Sequence record: OP729297.1
Strand: one strand, 5' to 3'
Length of the DNA: 64,000 nucleotides
Translations under genes and position numbers: made by a program
Part shown: positions 1 through 9,288 of the stretch, one piece after another
Numbering within the stretch: position 1 is the first letter of the stretch
Layout of the letters: each line of letters begins with the position of its first letter
Notes under the pieces: generated by a model
Told to the model about the DNA's origin: nothing
Seen by the model: the letters and a program-made list of their open reading frames with translations, nothing else
Databases searched by the model: none

Positions 1-1
1 G

Positions 2-2218
2 TACGATGGAACGCATCTCACAAACTACCGTGACCTGCAACTCATTCCAACACGTTCGTTGGTGAATAGTATCACTATCGAATGTCCTGATACGATGTAT
101 GAGAAGACACGTACCTTTGTTCGTTTGCTTGCGACCTATGTTGATGGCACACAGGAATATGTGACTGCTGCTGAATGGGTGGGCAACTGGCCAGAGAAGG
201 AAGAAGACGAGTACAAGTTCCTACAGTTCTCGCCTGGTCGTTATAGTGGCATGGCCGTTGTTGAAATCATCGAAGGCCGTACTCCTCTCGACTACAAAGA
301 CTTCCGTTCAATGGACGTTAGCAAGCTGCCGATGTTCAACGCAATTGGTAGTATCGCTGACCTGAACAAGTCTTACTACGATGGTGCTATTCTGCAAACA
401 GGCAAACTGAAATACGAGTACGATACATATACTCAGGTTATCGCTTCATTCTTCCGAGTGAGCAATAAGATTGATATGATCGTTTCACCTTCGCCTAAGC
501 AGAGTATCAACAACATCATTAACAGTCGTATCGAAGGTGCAACGCAAATCAGTGCTGATGTGCTGTCCGAGTCATACACTCTGGTCAACACGTATAAGAC
601 TGGTGGCGTGATGCGTACTCTCGATGGTTCGTATGCGGAGGAAACTCCAAAGACGTTTGACCTTGAAGTCGATTCGGAATGGGCTGTTGTGCAGAACTAC
701 TACACGCAACCAGGACCGAACAACACGCCTGTGCTTATTCCTACCACAGACAGTGTTGCTGAGATTGATGCTGACGGTTCACTTACACCAAGTCAGAACG
801 TTAATGGTGCTGTGCTGATTCGTGCTCGCTTTACGTGCGACCAGTATCAGATTGAGAAAACGTTGCTTGTGTTCCTTGTGCAGGCTAATACGTATCTCCG
901 TCAGATTGGCCTCGTTGGGCCTGACGTAGTGTGGGATGTGTCTGATCGTAACCCAACTATTGGCTACGAGAATGGACGCTGGTACGTTCCATACAGCTTG
1001 CGTGTTATCATCGACCCTGACGACGAACTCACAACCACAGATGCTATTTGGTCTATTGGTGACGAGACAAACGTTGATGGTGTGTCGATTGATCCGCTCA
1101 ATGGTCATTTGTTCATTGGTCAGTCGCAATTGTCTGACGGCCTGATTAACCTTCGTGCTGTGTTTACCAAGCAGAATCCACAGTCGCTTGCTGATGAAAC
1201 TATCACAGGCTTCCGTACGATTGAGCTTCACACGCAGAACACGATTCTCAACGGCTATATCGAGAATCCTCCAGGCAACATTAGCCCTAACACGGACTAC
1301 CGATTCACTGCGTTCTATACTCGTCGCTCTGGTGCTACTGGCTCAAGCCGTTTGCCTGATGCGAACTCAGTTAAGTTCAAGTGGAACATAGTCGAGTCTG
1401 TCAGTGGCTTTACGTTGGCCCAAGACGGTACCTTCCGCTTCCCTGCATCGAAAGACCCGCAGAAAGTTAAAGTGGAATGTATCATCACCGAGCAGCGTAC
1501 TGAAATCAGTCTCGTTCAGGAAATCACTTGCCCAGGCATCGGTTTCCCACAAGACCTGTCAGTAGGTGGATATACGAATGTGCGTGACGATAGTTCAATG
1601 CAGATGAACGCATTGCTCGGCCGTACTGGCACGTTCGTGAAAGAAGATGTTAGCTCCAAGTGTTTATGGCAAGTCACTAACAGTAAGGGCGACGTGGTTG
1701 ATGTTCAAGGCATCTCTATCAACTCTCAGACTGGACGATTGACCATAGGCCTGTTGCTTAACGATACCGACTTCGGTGTCAAGGCTATCTACATTGAAGG
1801 ACAGCAGACGCTTACGCAGACGCACTTCATGAAAGCCATGTCATCTTATCCACGCTTCGGTGTTGCACCTTTCGGTATCACAGGCGTGAGTATCGCGCTT
1901 GCTCAACTGCCTACACGTTTACGTTCTAAGACAGGTGGCCAGTTCGTGTTGTCTACCAAACAGGACGAATACGGTTACTTCGTTGTCAGACAGTCATACG
2001 GTAACGCTGTGTTTGCAGCAGCCGCAGACGGTACAGGCAACGTAAACAAAGGGTGGCAAGGCTTCGATGGTGCTCAGTGGCCAGTAACTGGAGACAACGG
2101 TAAGAAGGGACCAATTGTAGGTAAGATTGTGTACGATAACCTGACAGAAAACGTCTTGATCTATCGCACCAACGCCCGTGCATTCGGCTCCTCAGTCATC
2201 ACAGTTCGCTATCAATAA
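2..2218 (+). CDS. Large virion structural protein with tandem Ig-like/beta-sandwich repeats (5' truncated by the window)
   Basis: The frame is open from base 2 (YDGTHLTNYRDLQ...) into the 719-aa track ORF. It has repeated beta-rich segments with W-x-I/V and G-x-L motifs (WSIGD...IDPLNGHL; WQVTN...INSQTGRL) and leads the structural arm. Confidence 0.6.
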   Translation, partial: YDGTHLTNYRDLQLIPTRSLVNSITIECPDTMYEKTRTFVRLLATYVDGTQEYVTAAEWVGNWPEKEEDEYKFLQFSPGRYSGMAVVEIIEGRTPLDYKDFRSMDVSKLPMFNAIGSIADLNKSYYDGAILQTGKLKYEYDTYTQVIASFFRVSNKIDMIVSPSPKQSINNIINSRIEGATQISADVLSESYTLVNTYKTGGVMRTLDGSYAEETPKTFDLEVDSEWAVVQNYYTQPGPNNTPVLIPTTDSVAEIDADGSLTPSQNVNGAVLIRARFTCDQYQIEKTLLVFLVQANTYLRQIGLVGPDVVWDVSDRNPTIGYENGRWYVPYSLRVIIDPDDELTTTDAIWSIGDETNVDGVSIDPLNGHLFIGQSQLSDGLINLRAVFTKQNPQSLADETITGFRTIELHTQNTILNGYIENPPGNISPNTDYRFTAFYTRRSGATGSSRLPDANSVKFKWNIVESVSGFTLAQDGTFRFPASKDPQKVKVECIITEQRTEISLVQEITCPGIGFPQDLSVGGYTNVRDDSSMQMNALLGRTGTFVKEDVSSKCLWQVTNSKGDVVDVQGISINSQTGRLTIGLLLNDTDFGVKAIYIEGQQTLTQTHFMKAMSSYPRFGVAPFGITGVSIALAQLPTRLRSKTGGQFVLSTKQDEYGYFVVRQSYGNAVFAAAADGTGNVNKGWQGFDGAQWPVTGDNGKKGPIVGKIVYDNLTENVLIYRTNARAFGSSVITVRYQ

Positions 2219-2222
2219 AAAT

Positions 2223-2265
2223 AAAGGGAGTCTGGAGCTATATGTTCCCGGCTCCCTTTTGTTTT
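2223..2265 (+). terminator. Rho-independent terminator
   Basis: AAAGGGAG..GGAGC-TATAT-GTTCC..CTCCCTTTTGTTTT hairpin right after the stop at 2218. Confidence 0.8.
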
Positions 2266-2269
2266 ACGA

Positions 2270-2285
2270 TAATTTATAAGAGTTA
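2270..2285 (+). promoter_or_regulatory. Candidate late-promoter motif TAATTT..GAGT
   Basis: TAATTTATAAGAGTTA lies between the terminator and the RBS of 2305; near-identical strings occur at 22863 and 32148. Confidence 0.45.
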
Positions 2286-2304
2286 AAACCCAAGGAGTTC
2301 TTTG

Positions 2305-4644
2305 ATGGCCACTGAATCTATCTACGTTGACGCATTGCGTCTAACGCCTCAGGGAGAACAGGCCGTTGCGAACGCTAACGCTGGTGGACTTGCTATTCAA
2401 CCAGTGTCGTTTAAAGCAGGTGACTTTGTTGGCTCTAACCCTTCTGTGGTTCCAGAGCAGTTACTTGGCAGCGAGCTTGCGTCGGGCGCATTGTCGTATG
2501 TTCAGGTTCTTACCGAGAACAGTGCCCGCTTTATCTTTGATATTAAAGTCAACTACGTTGCAGGCGAATCGCTGAAACGAGTTGGTGAGCTGTTGATCAT
2601 GCTTTCTGACAACCGACCTTTTGGTCACGTTGTTCTGCAAGAGCCTATCATCGCCGTACCGAACTCTATCAATCGCGTTAGCCTTCTCGTACATATTCAG
2701 CAGGACATCCAAAAGATTCTTGCTGTGAAAATGGCTGACTACACATCTATACCGAGTGTAGCAACGCTCCAGAACTTACCGAGCTTGAGCGATAACGTGT
2801 TCAATGCCGTGTCGGTTCTTGATATGCACGTTAACTCTGACGGCACACGCTCTCCAGGTACTGCATATCGTTATGGACAAGGCTCATACTATTGGGCTTT
2901 CAGTGAGCATGACCGTGTGTTCAGCGGCCAGATTACTGCCGCAGGATTCATCAATGCAAACACGTTCAAGATTGCTTCGCTGTCCTCAGTGTTGAAGGCT
3001 AACGAGGTTGTTCTGATTCAGACAATCTCGGGTACGGGCGCTGGTGCGTGTCGTCACTTCAAATACACGAATGGTCAACTGGTCAACATGGACAGCGCGA
3101 TTCCATTCGTTAGCGCACAGACAACTATTGCCGTGTGGCGACGCATCACTAACCCAACAACTCCGTCTGCTGGCATTCCGTGGCCGCTGAATAACGATGT
3201 ACCAGAAGCGTGGGCATTGTACAGAGGCAAAGACTTGCAGCCGTATTGGGGACCTGTTGCTGGTGGTACTCGTCAAACAACTGGTACGCTGTTTGTTCCT
3301 CCAGGCAAACTGTTATTCAGTTCTGTTGTGACTACAGCAACGCCTGATAAGCTGCGCTACACGCTGTCTGAGATTCTCGATAGCTCAACCGACCTGTTGC
3401 TTGGTACGTCAGGTGTTCTCCAGCCGCGTACTGCCTACAGTGTTGTTGATGACCAGCTTCTGCTTTCGTCTTATCCTGAACAACGTATGCAACTCGATAT
3501 GCGTCAGTTCCGCGTTGAGCCTTCTCAAGGTCACGTTGTTCTGTTTGAGACATACGAAGGTGTTGGCGACGGACAGACTGCGCTGTTTAAACTCGGCAAC
3601 AAACCGATTGATAGCGTTGACATGGTGTTCTGTGTCGTCGGTTCAACGTGGCAGCCTACCACCGTGTATAAACTCACGAATGGTAACAGCGTAACGTTAA
3701 CCGAAGCAATCCCGTCAGGTCAGAAGTACACATTCTATGTAGCTCGCTATGAAGAACGCGCCAACTGGTCTACTCGTATTCGTGTTGCTCAGTATCGCCT
3801 GCCTTATGATGCTGATACATTTGTTCTGCCAACTACGCCACTGAACAAGTCGCATTGCGTTATGGCCATGAGCGGCCTGACAGTACACACGCAGGACTTC
3901 ACAGTAGCGGGCAATGTGCTGAAAACGTTGTCGCCTATTCCTGCCGACACACTCATTGAGATCACAATCTTTGAGAACGTTATGGCAGTAGGCTCGAAAG
4001 ACAGTTCGGTCGATGGCGTTATCATTGATGCTATCCCTACGCCGACTGGCTACATGTTCAAACGTCAAGGTCTGCCTCCTATCGACGTGCCTATCGCTGC
4101 ACCTGAAATCATTCAGGGTGAGGGCATTCAGATTACAGGCAAGTGGCCAGAGATTACAATTCGTAATACTCAGGCTCTCGCCGAAGAAGCTGACCCACGC
4201 AACATGTACAACATTCAGCAGAATGCGGACGATTCGGAAGAGCTGGTTATTCAGCAGCGCATCGAGTTCAAGAAAGGCATCATGCTTACGTGTGTCGCCG
4301 ACTTCCAGTGCCAACTAGGTCCTGGCTTTGCTGCCACCAGCGGTAAAGAGCATCTCGAATATGTTCTGTCGTTCAAGGTGCCTGGTACATCCGAAGCTGA
4401 ATATGGGCGTGGCCTTAAAGGCACAGGCAGTGCTGGCTTTAACGTTGTTACTTCTGATGCGAGTCTGACAGAAGTGATTGCGTATTCAAACGTTAGCCTG
4501 ACGCAGATGTTCACGGTGCTGATAGAAAACCAACCTCAAGGCTTCATTGATATCGTTGCTAAAGTGCGTATCGTTAACGCGCAGATTACAAGCTACGGTT
4601 CGAAGCTGTCAGGTAACTTGTGCATTAAGGTTGAACCGAAATGA
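2305..4644 (+). CDS. Tail fibre/baseplate-associated protein with tail-collar-like N-terminus and three ~60-70 aa beta repeats
   Basis: GGAG RBS then ATG at 2305. The N-terminus ([14 protein letters not shown]) resembles tail-fibre attachment domains, followed by repeats of the type [10 protein letters not shown]...QP..Y...N.VTL...P.G. Confidence 0.55.
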   Translation: MATESIYVDALRLTPQGEQAVANANAGGLAIQPVSFKAGDFVGSNPSVVPEQLLGSELASGALSYVQVLTENSARFIFDIKVNYVAGESLKRVGELLIMLSDNRPFGHVVLQEPIIAVPNSINRVSLLVHIQQDIQKILAVKMADYTSIPSVATLQNLPSLSDNVFNAVSVLDMHVNSDGTRSPGTAYRYGQGSYYWAFSEHDRVFSGQITAAGFINANTFKIASLSSVLKANEVVLIQTISGTGAGACRHFKYTNGQLVNMDSAIPFVSAQTTIAVWRRITNPTTPSAGIPWPLNNDVPEAWALYRGKDLQPYWGPVAGGTRQTTGTLFVPPGKLLFSSVVTTATPDKLRYTLSEILDSSTDLLLGTSGVLQPRTAYSVVDDQLLLSSYPEQRMQLDMRQFRVEPSQGHVVLFETYEGVGDGQTALFKLGNKPIDSVDMVFCVVGSTWQPTTVYKLTNGNSVTLTEAIPSGQKYTFYVARYEERANWSTRIRVAQYRLPYDADTFVLPTTPLNKSHCVMAMSGLTVHTQDFTVAGNVLKTLSPIPADTLIEITIFENVMAVGSKDSSVDGVIIDAIPTPTGYMFKRQGLPPIDVPIAAPEIIQGEGIQITGKWPEITIRNTQALAEEADPRNMYNIQQNADDSEELVIQQRIEFKKGIMLTCVADFQCQLGPGFAATSGKEHLEYVLSFKVPGTSEAEYGRGLKGTGSAGFNVVTSDASLTEVIAYSNVSLTQMFTVLIENQPQGFIDIVAKVRIVNAQITSYGSKLSGNLCIKVEPK

Positions 4645-6080
4645 CAACACAGTTAAAACTTTCGCAAATCGAAACAACGGCTAACGATGAAGGTAAATCG
4701 CTGGTCGGTGTTGATGGTAGCGTCGAGTTTGAGTCTACGGACTTAGCGACGAATACTCAGATCGCAAGCGTAAGGTTTAACAGCAAGACAGGCGTGTTGG
4801 TGTTCATCAAGAAGAACGGGGAAGTAGTGAACGTCCCCGGACTTCCTACTATTGCTATGTTCGGTGAAGGGAAACCTGGGCGTCGAGGCGCTCCAGGTGC
4901 TCCTGGCCGTGACGGACGTGATGGTCGAGATGGTGAAACAGGCAGACAGGGCTGCGAAGGTGGTCCTGGCTCTAAAGGTAAGACTGGTCCTGTTGGTGAC
5001 CCAGGACGTGATGGTGAAGACGGTCCTCCTGGTGATACTGGGCGTCAAGGTCCAGACGGTCCTACGGGCCCAGACGGCCCTCCTGGTCCTACAGGTAACA
5101 TCGGTCCTCGTGGTGCTACTGGAGCAAGCTGTATCTCTGGTGCTACAGGCCCTACTGGCCCAGCGCCTATTACAACTGCTGTTCAGTCTAACACGCAGCC
5201 TACAGATGGTCGTGTGTTCGTTTGGTTGTACCCTACAGCCAACGTTACGCCAGCACCTCCTCTGCCTACTATAACGCCTCTTGCTGCGTCAGTGTCTAAC
5301 CTGTACATGGTAGGTCAACGTGCAGTGCAAGGCTCTGATGTATTTACTTCGCTTGCATACCTTCCTGTCAATGCGCGTGGTGGTGTAGGTCCATATAAGT
5401 ATCAATGGTCTATCACAACTACTGAGGGCGTAACGCTTGGCGCTACTGATACCTCAACGTGTATTGTTAACTTCTATCTGCGTCTCGGACTTGGTGCTGA
5501 TCGTACAATCAAAGGCACAATCCGTTGCGTAGTTACTGACCTGGGCCAAGCGTCACGTCCTACTGTTACTGTGAGTTCTGCGCTAACAGTTGTTGCACGT
5601 AACCCAACAAGCTCAACGTCTGGCTGTATTGTGTTTGGTTCTGTTGTCGAAACAATTACAGGACCTAAAGCTGTCGAGGACTTACGTGTAGGTGATAGCC
5701 TACTGAGTTTCTCTAATCAGCCTAAGAACTTCCGTCAGTGGTCTTCGCCTAGTCTCAAAGGCAATCTGGTGAATGCTACTGTTGTCGGTTTGAAGTACGG
5801 CGAAGAAGATCACTACTTCGTTATCAACGGACAGAAGTTCACACACGAACATCCAGTGCTTGTATATGACGATAGCGTGTGGCGTTATATTCCTGCGCGT
5901 GATGTGCAGCCAGGGAATACAGTGCTTGGTCGTAAGGGTCCTGTGTCAGTGTATGAGTTCCGCCGCGTAGATAATCAAGTGAAGACTGTTGATATCGACG
6001 TTGACCCATTTGATTGTTATTTCGTTGGTGATGTGCTCGCACACAACACGGATATTGTTGCGAAAGCGGAGAAAAAGTAA
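4641..6080 (+). CDS. Collagen-like fibre protein with an Ig/PKD-like domain and C-terminal Hint domain
   Basis: About 33 G-X-Y triplets, then a [10 protein letters not shown] Ig-like module, then CIVFGS...THEH...LAHN-T. Confidence 0.85.
   Translation: MTTQLKLSQIETTANDEGKSLVGVDGSVEFESTDLATNTQIASVRFNSKTGVLVFIKKNGEVVNVPGLPTIAMFGEGKPGRRGAPGAPGRDGRDGRDGETGRQGCEGGPGSKGKTGPVGDPGRDGEDGPPGDTGRQGPDGPTGPDGPPGPTGNIGPRGATGASCISGATGPTGPAPITTAVQSNTQPTDGRVFVWLYPTANVTPAPPLPTITPLAASVSNLYMVGQRAVQGSDVFTSLAYLPVNARGGVGPYKYQWSITTTEGVTLGATDTSTCIVNFYLRLGLGADRTIKGTIRCVVTDLGQASRPTVTVSSALTVVARNPTSSTSGCIVFGSVVETITGPKAVEDLRVGDSLLSFSNQPKNFRQWSSPSLKGNLVNATVVGLKYGEEDHYFVINGQKFTHEHPVLVYDDSVWRYIPARDVQPGNTVLGRKGPVSVYEFRRVDNQVKTVDIDVDPFDCYFVGDVLAHNTDIVAKAEKK
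5625..6047 (+). other. Hint (mini-intein / bacterial intein-like) domain, 141 aa
   Basis: Cys1 (TGT 5625), VEDLRVGD block, TxxH block B (THEH), terminal His-Asn (6042-6047), +1 Thr; no endonuclease insert. Confidence 0.85.
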
Positions 6081-6712
6081 TGAGTCTGATTAAAGTTAAG
6101 ACCGGTCTCATTCAGGCTGGTTCTTCGTCTACGCCTACTGCGATTCGTGCTCAGTCTGGGGTTCTCTCGATAGACCCTAGCGACGAACAGGTTCCCTCTG
6201 AGGTAACTTCCGATTCGTCGTTCGATGCAACTTCGGGTATTCTTACTCTCAAGTTTGCTAACGGGCAGACAGTTAAGGTAGGCGGCTTCCCTACTGCTGC
6301 TGATATACCTGAAGGTCGTCAGGGCGGTAGAGGTGAGACAGGTGCTGATGGTAAAGACGGACGAGATGGCCGCGATGGTAATCCAGGTGAGCCTGGGTGT
6401 ACTGGTCCTGTGGGTCCAGATGGTGAGCAGGGTATCCCAGGACCAGATGGCCGTGACGGATTACCAGGCCCTGTTGGTCCTACTGGCCCAGATGGTAGAA
6501 CAGGCCCTATGGGTCCTACTGGTCCTACTGGCCCTCGTGGCGGTACTGGTCCTACAGGCGCTACTGGTTCTACTGGACCGACTGGTCCTACCGGCCCTGC
6601 AGGTCCTGCTGGACGCCTGTCTATCATCGTCAGTGCTACTAACCCAGGGAACGTTGCTGCTGGCACAATCTGGGTGGACCCTACCAAAGATCAGAATATC
6701 ACATGGCCATAA
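6080..6712 (+). CDS. Collagen-like fibre protein 2
   Basis: [15 protein letters not shown]-domain, long G-X-Y tract, C-terminal SATNP..GTIWVDP motif. Confidence 0.85.
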   Translation: MSLIKVKTGLIQAGSSSTPTAIRAQSGVLSIDPSDEQVPSEVTSDSSFDATSGILTLKFANGQTVKVGGFPTAADIPEGRQGGRGETGADGKDGRDGRDGNPGEPGCTGPVGPDGEQGIPGPDGRDGLPGPVGPTGPDGRTGPMGPTGPTGPRGGTGPTGATGSTGPTGPTGPAGPAGRLSIIVSATNPGNVAAGTIWVDPTKDQNITWP

Positions 6713-6721
6713 GGAGGCAAC

Positions 6722-7213
6722 GTGGTAGAAAAAGTTGATATATCGCTCGTTAAGGCCAATGCTTCTGGTCCTGTCGTAGCGACCGAAGGGGGAATCACAG
6801 TTGATACTGTTCAGGATGATAGCCAACTCAGCGGCTCATTCGATGCAGTTACAGGTCTACTGGCGATTAACATCCCTAATATCGGCAAGCTCCAGATTTC
6901 TGGTCTGCCTACAATACACAGCATCGGCTACGGTCCTGCTGGTGGCGTTGGTCCTGCTGGCCGTGATGGTATTGATGGTCTCATGGGTAGCGATGGTCGT
7001 CGCGGTACTGATGGCTGTCCTGGTCCTCGTGGTTCTGATGGGCAGCAAGGTAAGCAAGGCTACGTAGGTAATCGCGGGCCTGCTGGTCCTACGGGCCCTA
7101 CTGGACCTACTGGCGCGCCAGGTAATCCTGGTACGGTGATGGTCTTCGTACAAGATACAGATCCAGCCATTGATAATGAGATCGCACCAGGCGCCATCTG
7201 GGTACGGCCGTAA
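6722..7213 (+). CDS. Collagen-like fibre protein 3
   Basis: AAGGAGG RBS and GTG start; FDAVTGLL..GLPT domain, G-X-Y tract, ends PGAIWVRP. Confidence 0.85.
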   Translation: MVEKVDISLVKANASGPVVATEGGITVDTVQDDSQLSGSFDAVTGLLAINIPNIGKLQISGLPTIHSIGYGPAGGVGPAGRDGIDGLMGSDGRRGTDGCPGPRGSDGQQGKQGYVGNRGPAGPTGPTGPTGAPGNPGTVMVFVQDTDPAIDNEIAPGAIWVRP

Positions 7214-7222
7214 GGAGAGAGC

Positions 7223-9247
7223 ATGTCACGTTTTCGCGTTCGTAATGCTGCGAATAACGGTTGGCTTGACTGCGTGGACACGCCCATGTTCATACGCACA
7301 CATGCAGGAGACTGGACGCCATTAAGCCCAGACAAATTCAGTGTGCGTAATCAGTGGGGAAAGAGTTGGTTACCAATCAACGACTCTTTCGACCCTACGT
7401 ATGATGACCCGTGTTCAAACCTTGAGACGGGCGCATGTGGTGGCGGTCCAACGTCAACTACCAAAGGTTCTGGTAACGGGATAGGGAGTGGTGGCCGTGA
7501 GAAATACGATATCCTCAAAGGCTATCCTGCAGGGTTTGATTTACCTGATGCTGGTCGCACTGGCTTCGGTCTTATTAACTCTTTCTCTCCTCCTACTGGT
7601 CGATCTATCAATAGACCCGGCATCAAGACCATCGAATCATACGACCCTACTGGTGTTGCTTCTCGCGCAGGGCTAGGCACTTATGCTAACCCTAACGTAC
7701 CTTACGCTTCTGTTCATGGGCGTGGTGCTGTTATCACCGAGACGTATTATGCAATGCCAGCAATCGAAGGTTACGTGGAGCTGATGATCGCGTCCTATGC
7801 ACCAGCTGGTGCTAGTGTTGACGTGTACCACATGGGTGTGCGTGTTGCATCGACGTGTGGTAAGCTGGCCGGTCGCTCGCGCATCAAATTCCAATTCGAC
7901 CCTGACGCTGCTGATATGCGTATCATGGTGCGTGTGCGTACAACGCAGGGTTATGGCTGGAGCTTAGAAGTATATCCTCCGCGCCTTGCCGCACCTTCTG
8001 ACCGTGGCGGATTAGCTCTCGATAGTCAGGCATCGTATGACGTTATCAATTTCCCTGACGTCATTCATCCAGACTACATCGGCAGCCCAATCTTCCCTGC
8101 ACCATGTCATGCAACTGTTTGGCCTATTGCTGAACGTATTCAGAATGCTAACGCTTTCGAATACTATCACTTCATCGGCTGGACAGCAGGCTGGATGTAT
8201 CTCGACTACACCTCGTGGGAAACATTCGACTTCATTGAGGTCTATCAGTCTGGTCGCCGTATCGCTACGACGCTTGACGCTCGTACTGGTGAGGGTTATC
8301 TGTATTTCTACTTTGACCCTCAAGGTGTTGCATGTGATATCATGGTGCGCGTAGTCAGTAAGGACTTTGGTAACGCTGCCTCGCTTGCGAGTTGCTTCTA
8401 CAGTCTGTACTGTCCTGGTGAACGTGGTGCGCGTGAATACATGCACCCTTGCCAGAGCTACAGCGTGTACTCTGCCGGTCATCCAACCACAGAAGATAAT
8501 TTTGCGTTAGGAACTCAATCGGACATTCGTGCAGAGCTTGTTGTTTGTGTTGCGAACTCGTTCGATACCAAGTTCGAAGTGTTTGACCAAGACATGAACG
8601 TGCTCGATACCTCTATCGTTGCTGCGGGCAAGACTGGTACACTCGAATTTTGGAAGTACCCTGAGCATGTGCTGCGCTCTAACATCACTGTACGAGCGAC
8701 AGCGCCTATCGGATGTGATTGGTCATACTTCGTGTACTGTCCGATTCAGCCTCCTAAGATTAACGTGAGTGACTTCACCGTTCCTTATCGTTGCGTAACA
8801 ATCGAAGGTGGTAACGATCAGCCGCCAGATTCAGACGTTCTGCCGTGGCAGCCAAACGCATGGGAACAAACAGGTGGACGCGGTACAGGTTCTCCTAATG
8901 CTTCTCAAGTGTGGACACGCGACGGTAACTACATGAACATCTGGGGCGGTGTGAATGGTTGGTTCAAGTGGGGTAACTTCTTCACTAAGCCAATTAAGCA
9001 AATCACTTTCGCATGGGTGTACGACGGTAAGAATGGTGGCTGGCACACAATTGAGATCTACGAGCGCACTGCTGGTGAAGGCGCTGCTAAGAATCCTGCA
9101 AACAACAGCGGAACGTATCAGTATTTCACGTTCGATGTGAACATACCTGTTGGCCAAGAAATTTGGTTGCGTGTTCAAGGTGGCGGTGACCGTGGTGACT
9201 CGAACGACCTCGATTATCTCGCTATCACCAACGTAGTATTTGGATAA
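7223..9247 (+). CDS. Cys-rich virion fibre-associated protein with three internal beta-sandwich repeats
   Basis: Three N-terminal (F/M)x(V/I)R(N/T)..W repeats and three ~110-aa repeats with the pattern ..VY..G.R(V/I)A(S/T)T....F.FDP....IMVRV. Confidence 0.55.
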   Translation: MSRFRVRNAANNGWLDCVDTPMFIRTHAGDWTPLSPDKFSVRNQWGKSWLPINDSFDPTYDDPCSNLETGACGGGPTSTTKGSGNGIGSGGREKYDILKGYPAGFDLPDAGRTGFGLINSFSPPTGRSINRPGIKTIESYDPTGVASRAGLGTYANPNVPYASVHGRGAVITETYYAMPAIEGYVELMIASYAPAGASVDVYHMGVRVASTCGKLAGRSRIKFQFDPDAADMRIMVRVRTTQGYGWSLEVYPPRLAAPSDRGGLALDSQASYDVINFPDVIHPDYIGSPIFPAPCHATVWPIAERIQNANAFEYYHFIGWTAGWMYLDYTSWETFDFIEVYQSGRRIATTLDARTGEGYLYFYFDPQGVACDIMVRVVSKDFGNAASLASCFYSLYCPGERGAREYMHPCQSYSVYSAGHPTTEDNFALGTQSDIRAELVVCVANSFDTKFEVFDQDMNVLDTSIVAAGKTGTLEFWKYPEHVLRSNITVRATAPIGCDWSYFVYCPIQPPKINVSDFTVPYRCVTIEGGNDQPPDSDVLPWQPNAWEQTGGRGTGSPNASQVWTRDGNYMNIWGGVNGWFKWGNFFTKPIKQITFAWVYDGKNGGWHTIEIYERTAGEGAAKNPANNSGTYQYFTFDVNIPVGQEIWLRVQGGGDRGDSNDLDYLAITNVVFG

Positions 9248-9250
9248 CAT

Positions 9251-9266
9251 AGGGGCTTCGGCCCCT
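9251..9266 (+). terminator. C(UUCG)G hairpin, weak U-tract (terminator or RNA-stabilising stem)
   Basis: AGGGGC-TTCG-GCCCCT immediately after the stop at 9247. Confidence 0.55.
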
Positions 9267-9288
9267 CTTCTCGATCTAAGGACATAAC

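Noticed and set aside
4850-7153. DNA-level near-tandem repeats (GGTCCTACT, GGACGAGAT type) and Pro/Gly-rich antisense ORFs
   Set aside because: Explained by G-X-Y collagen coding; not a CRISPR array, microsatellite or separate gene.
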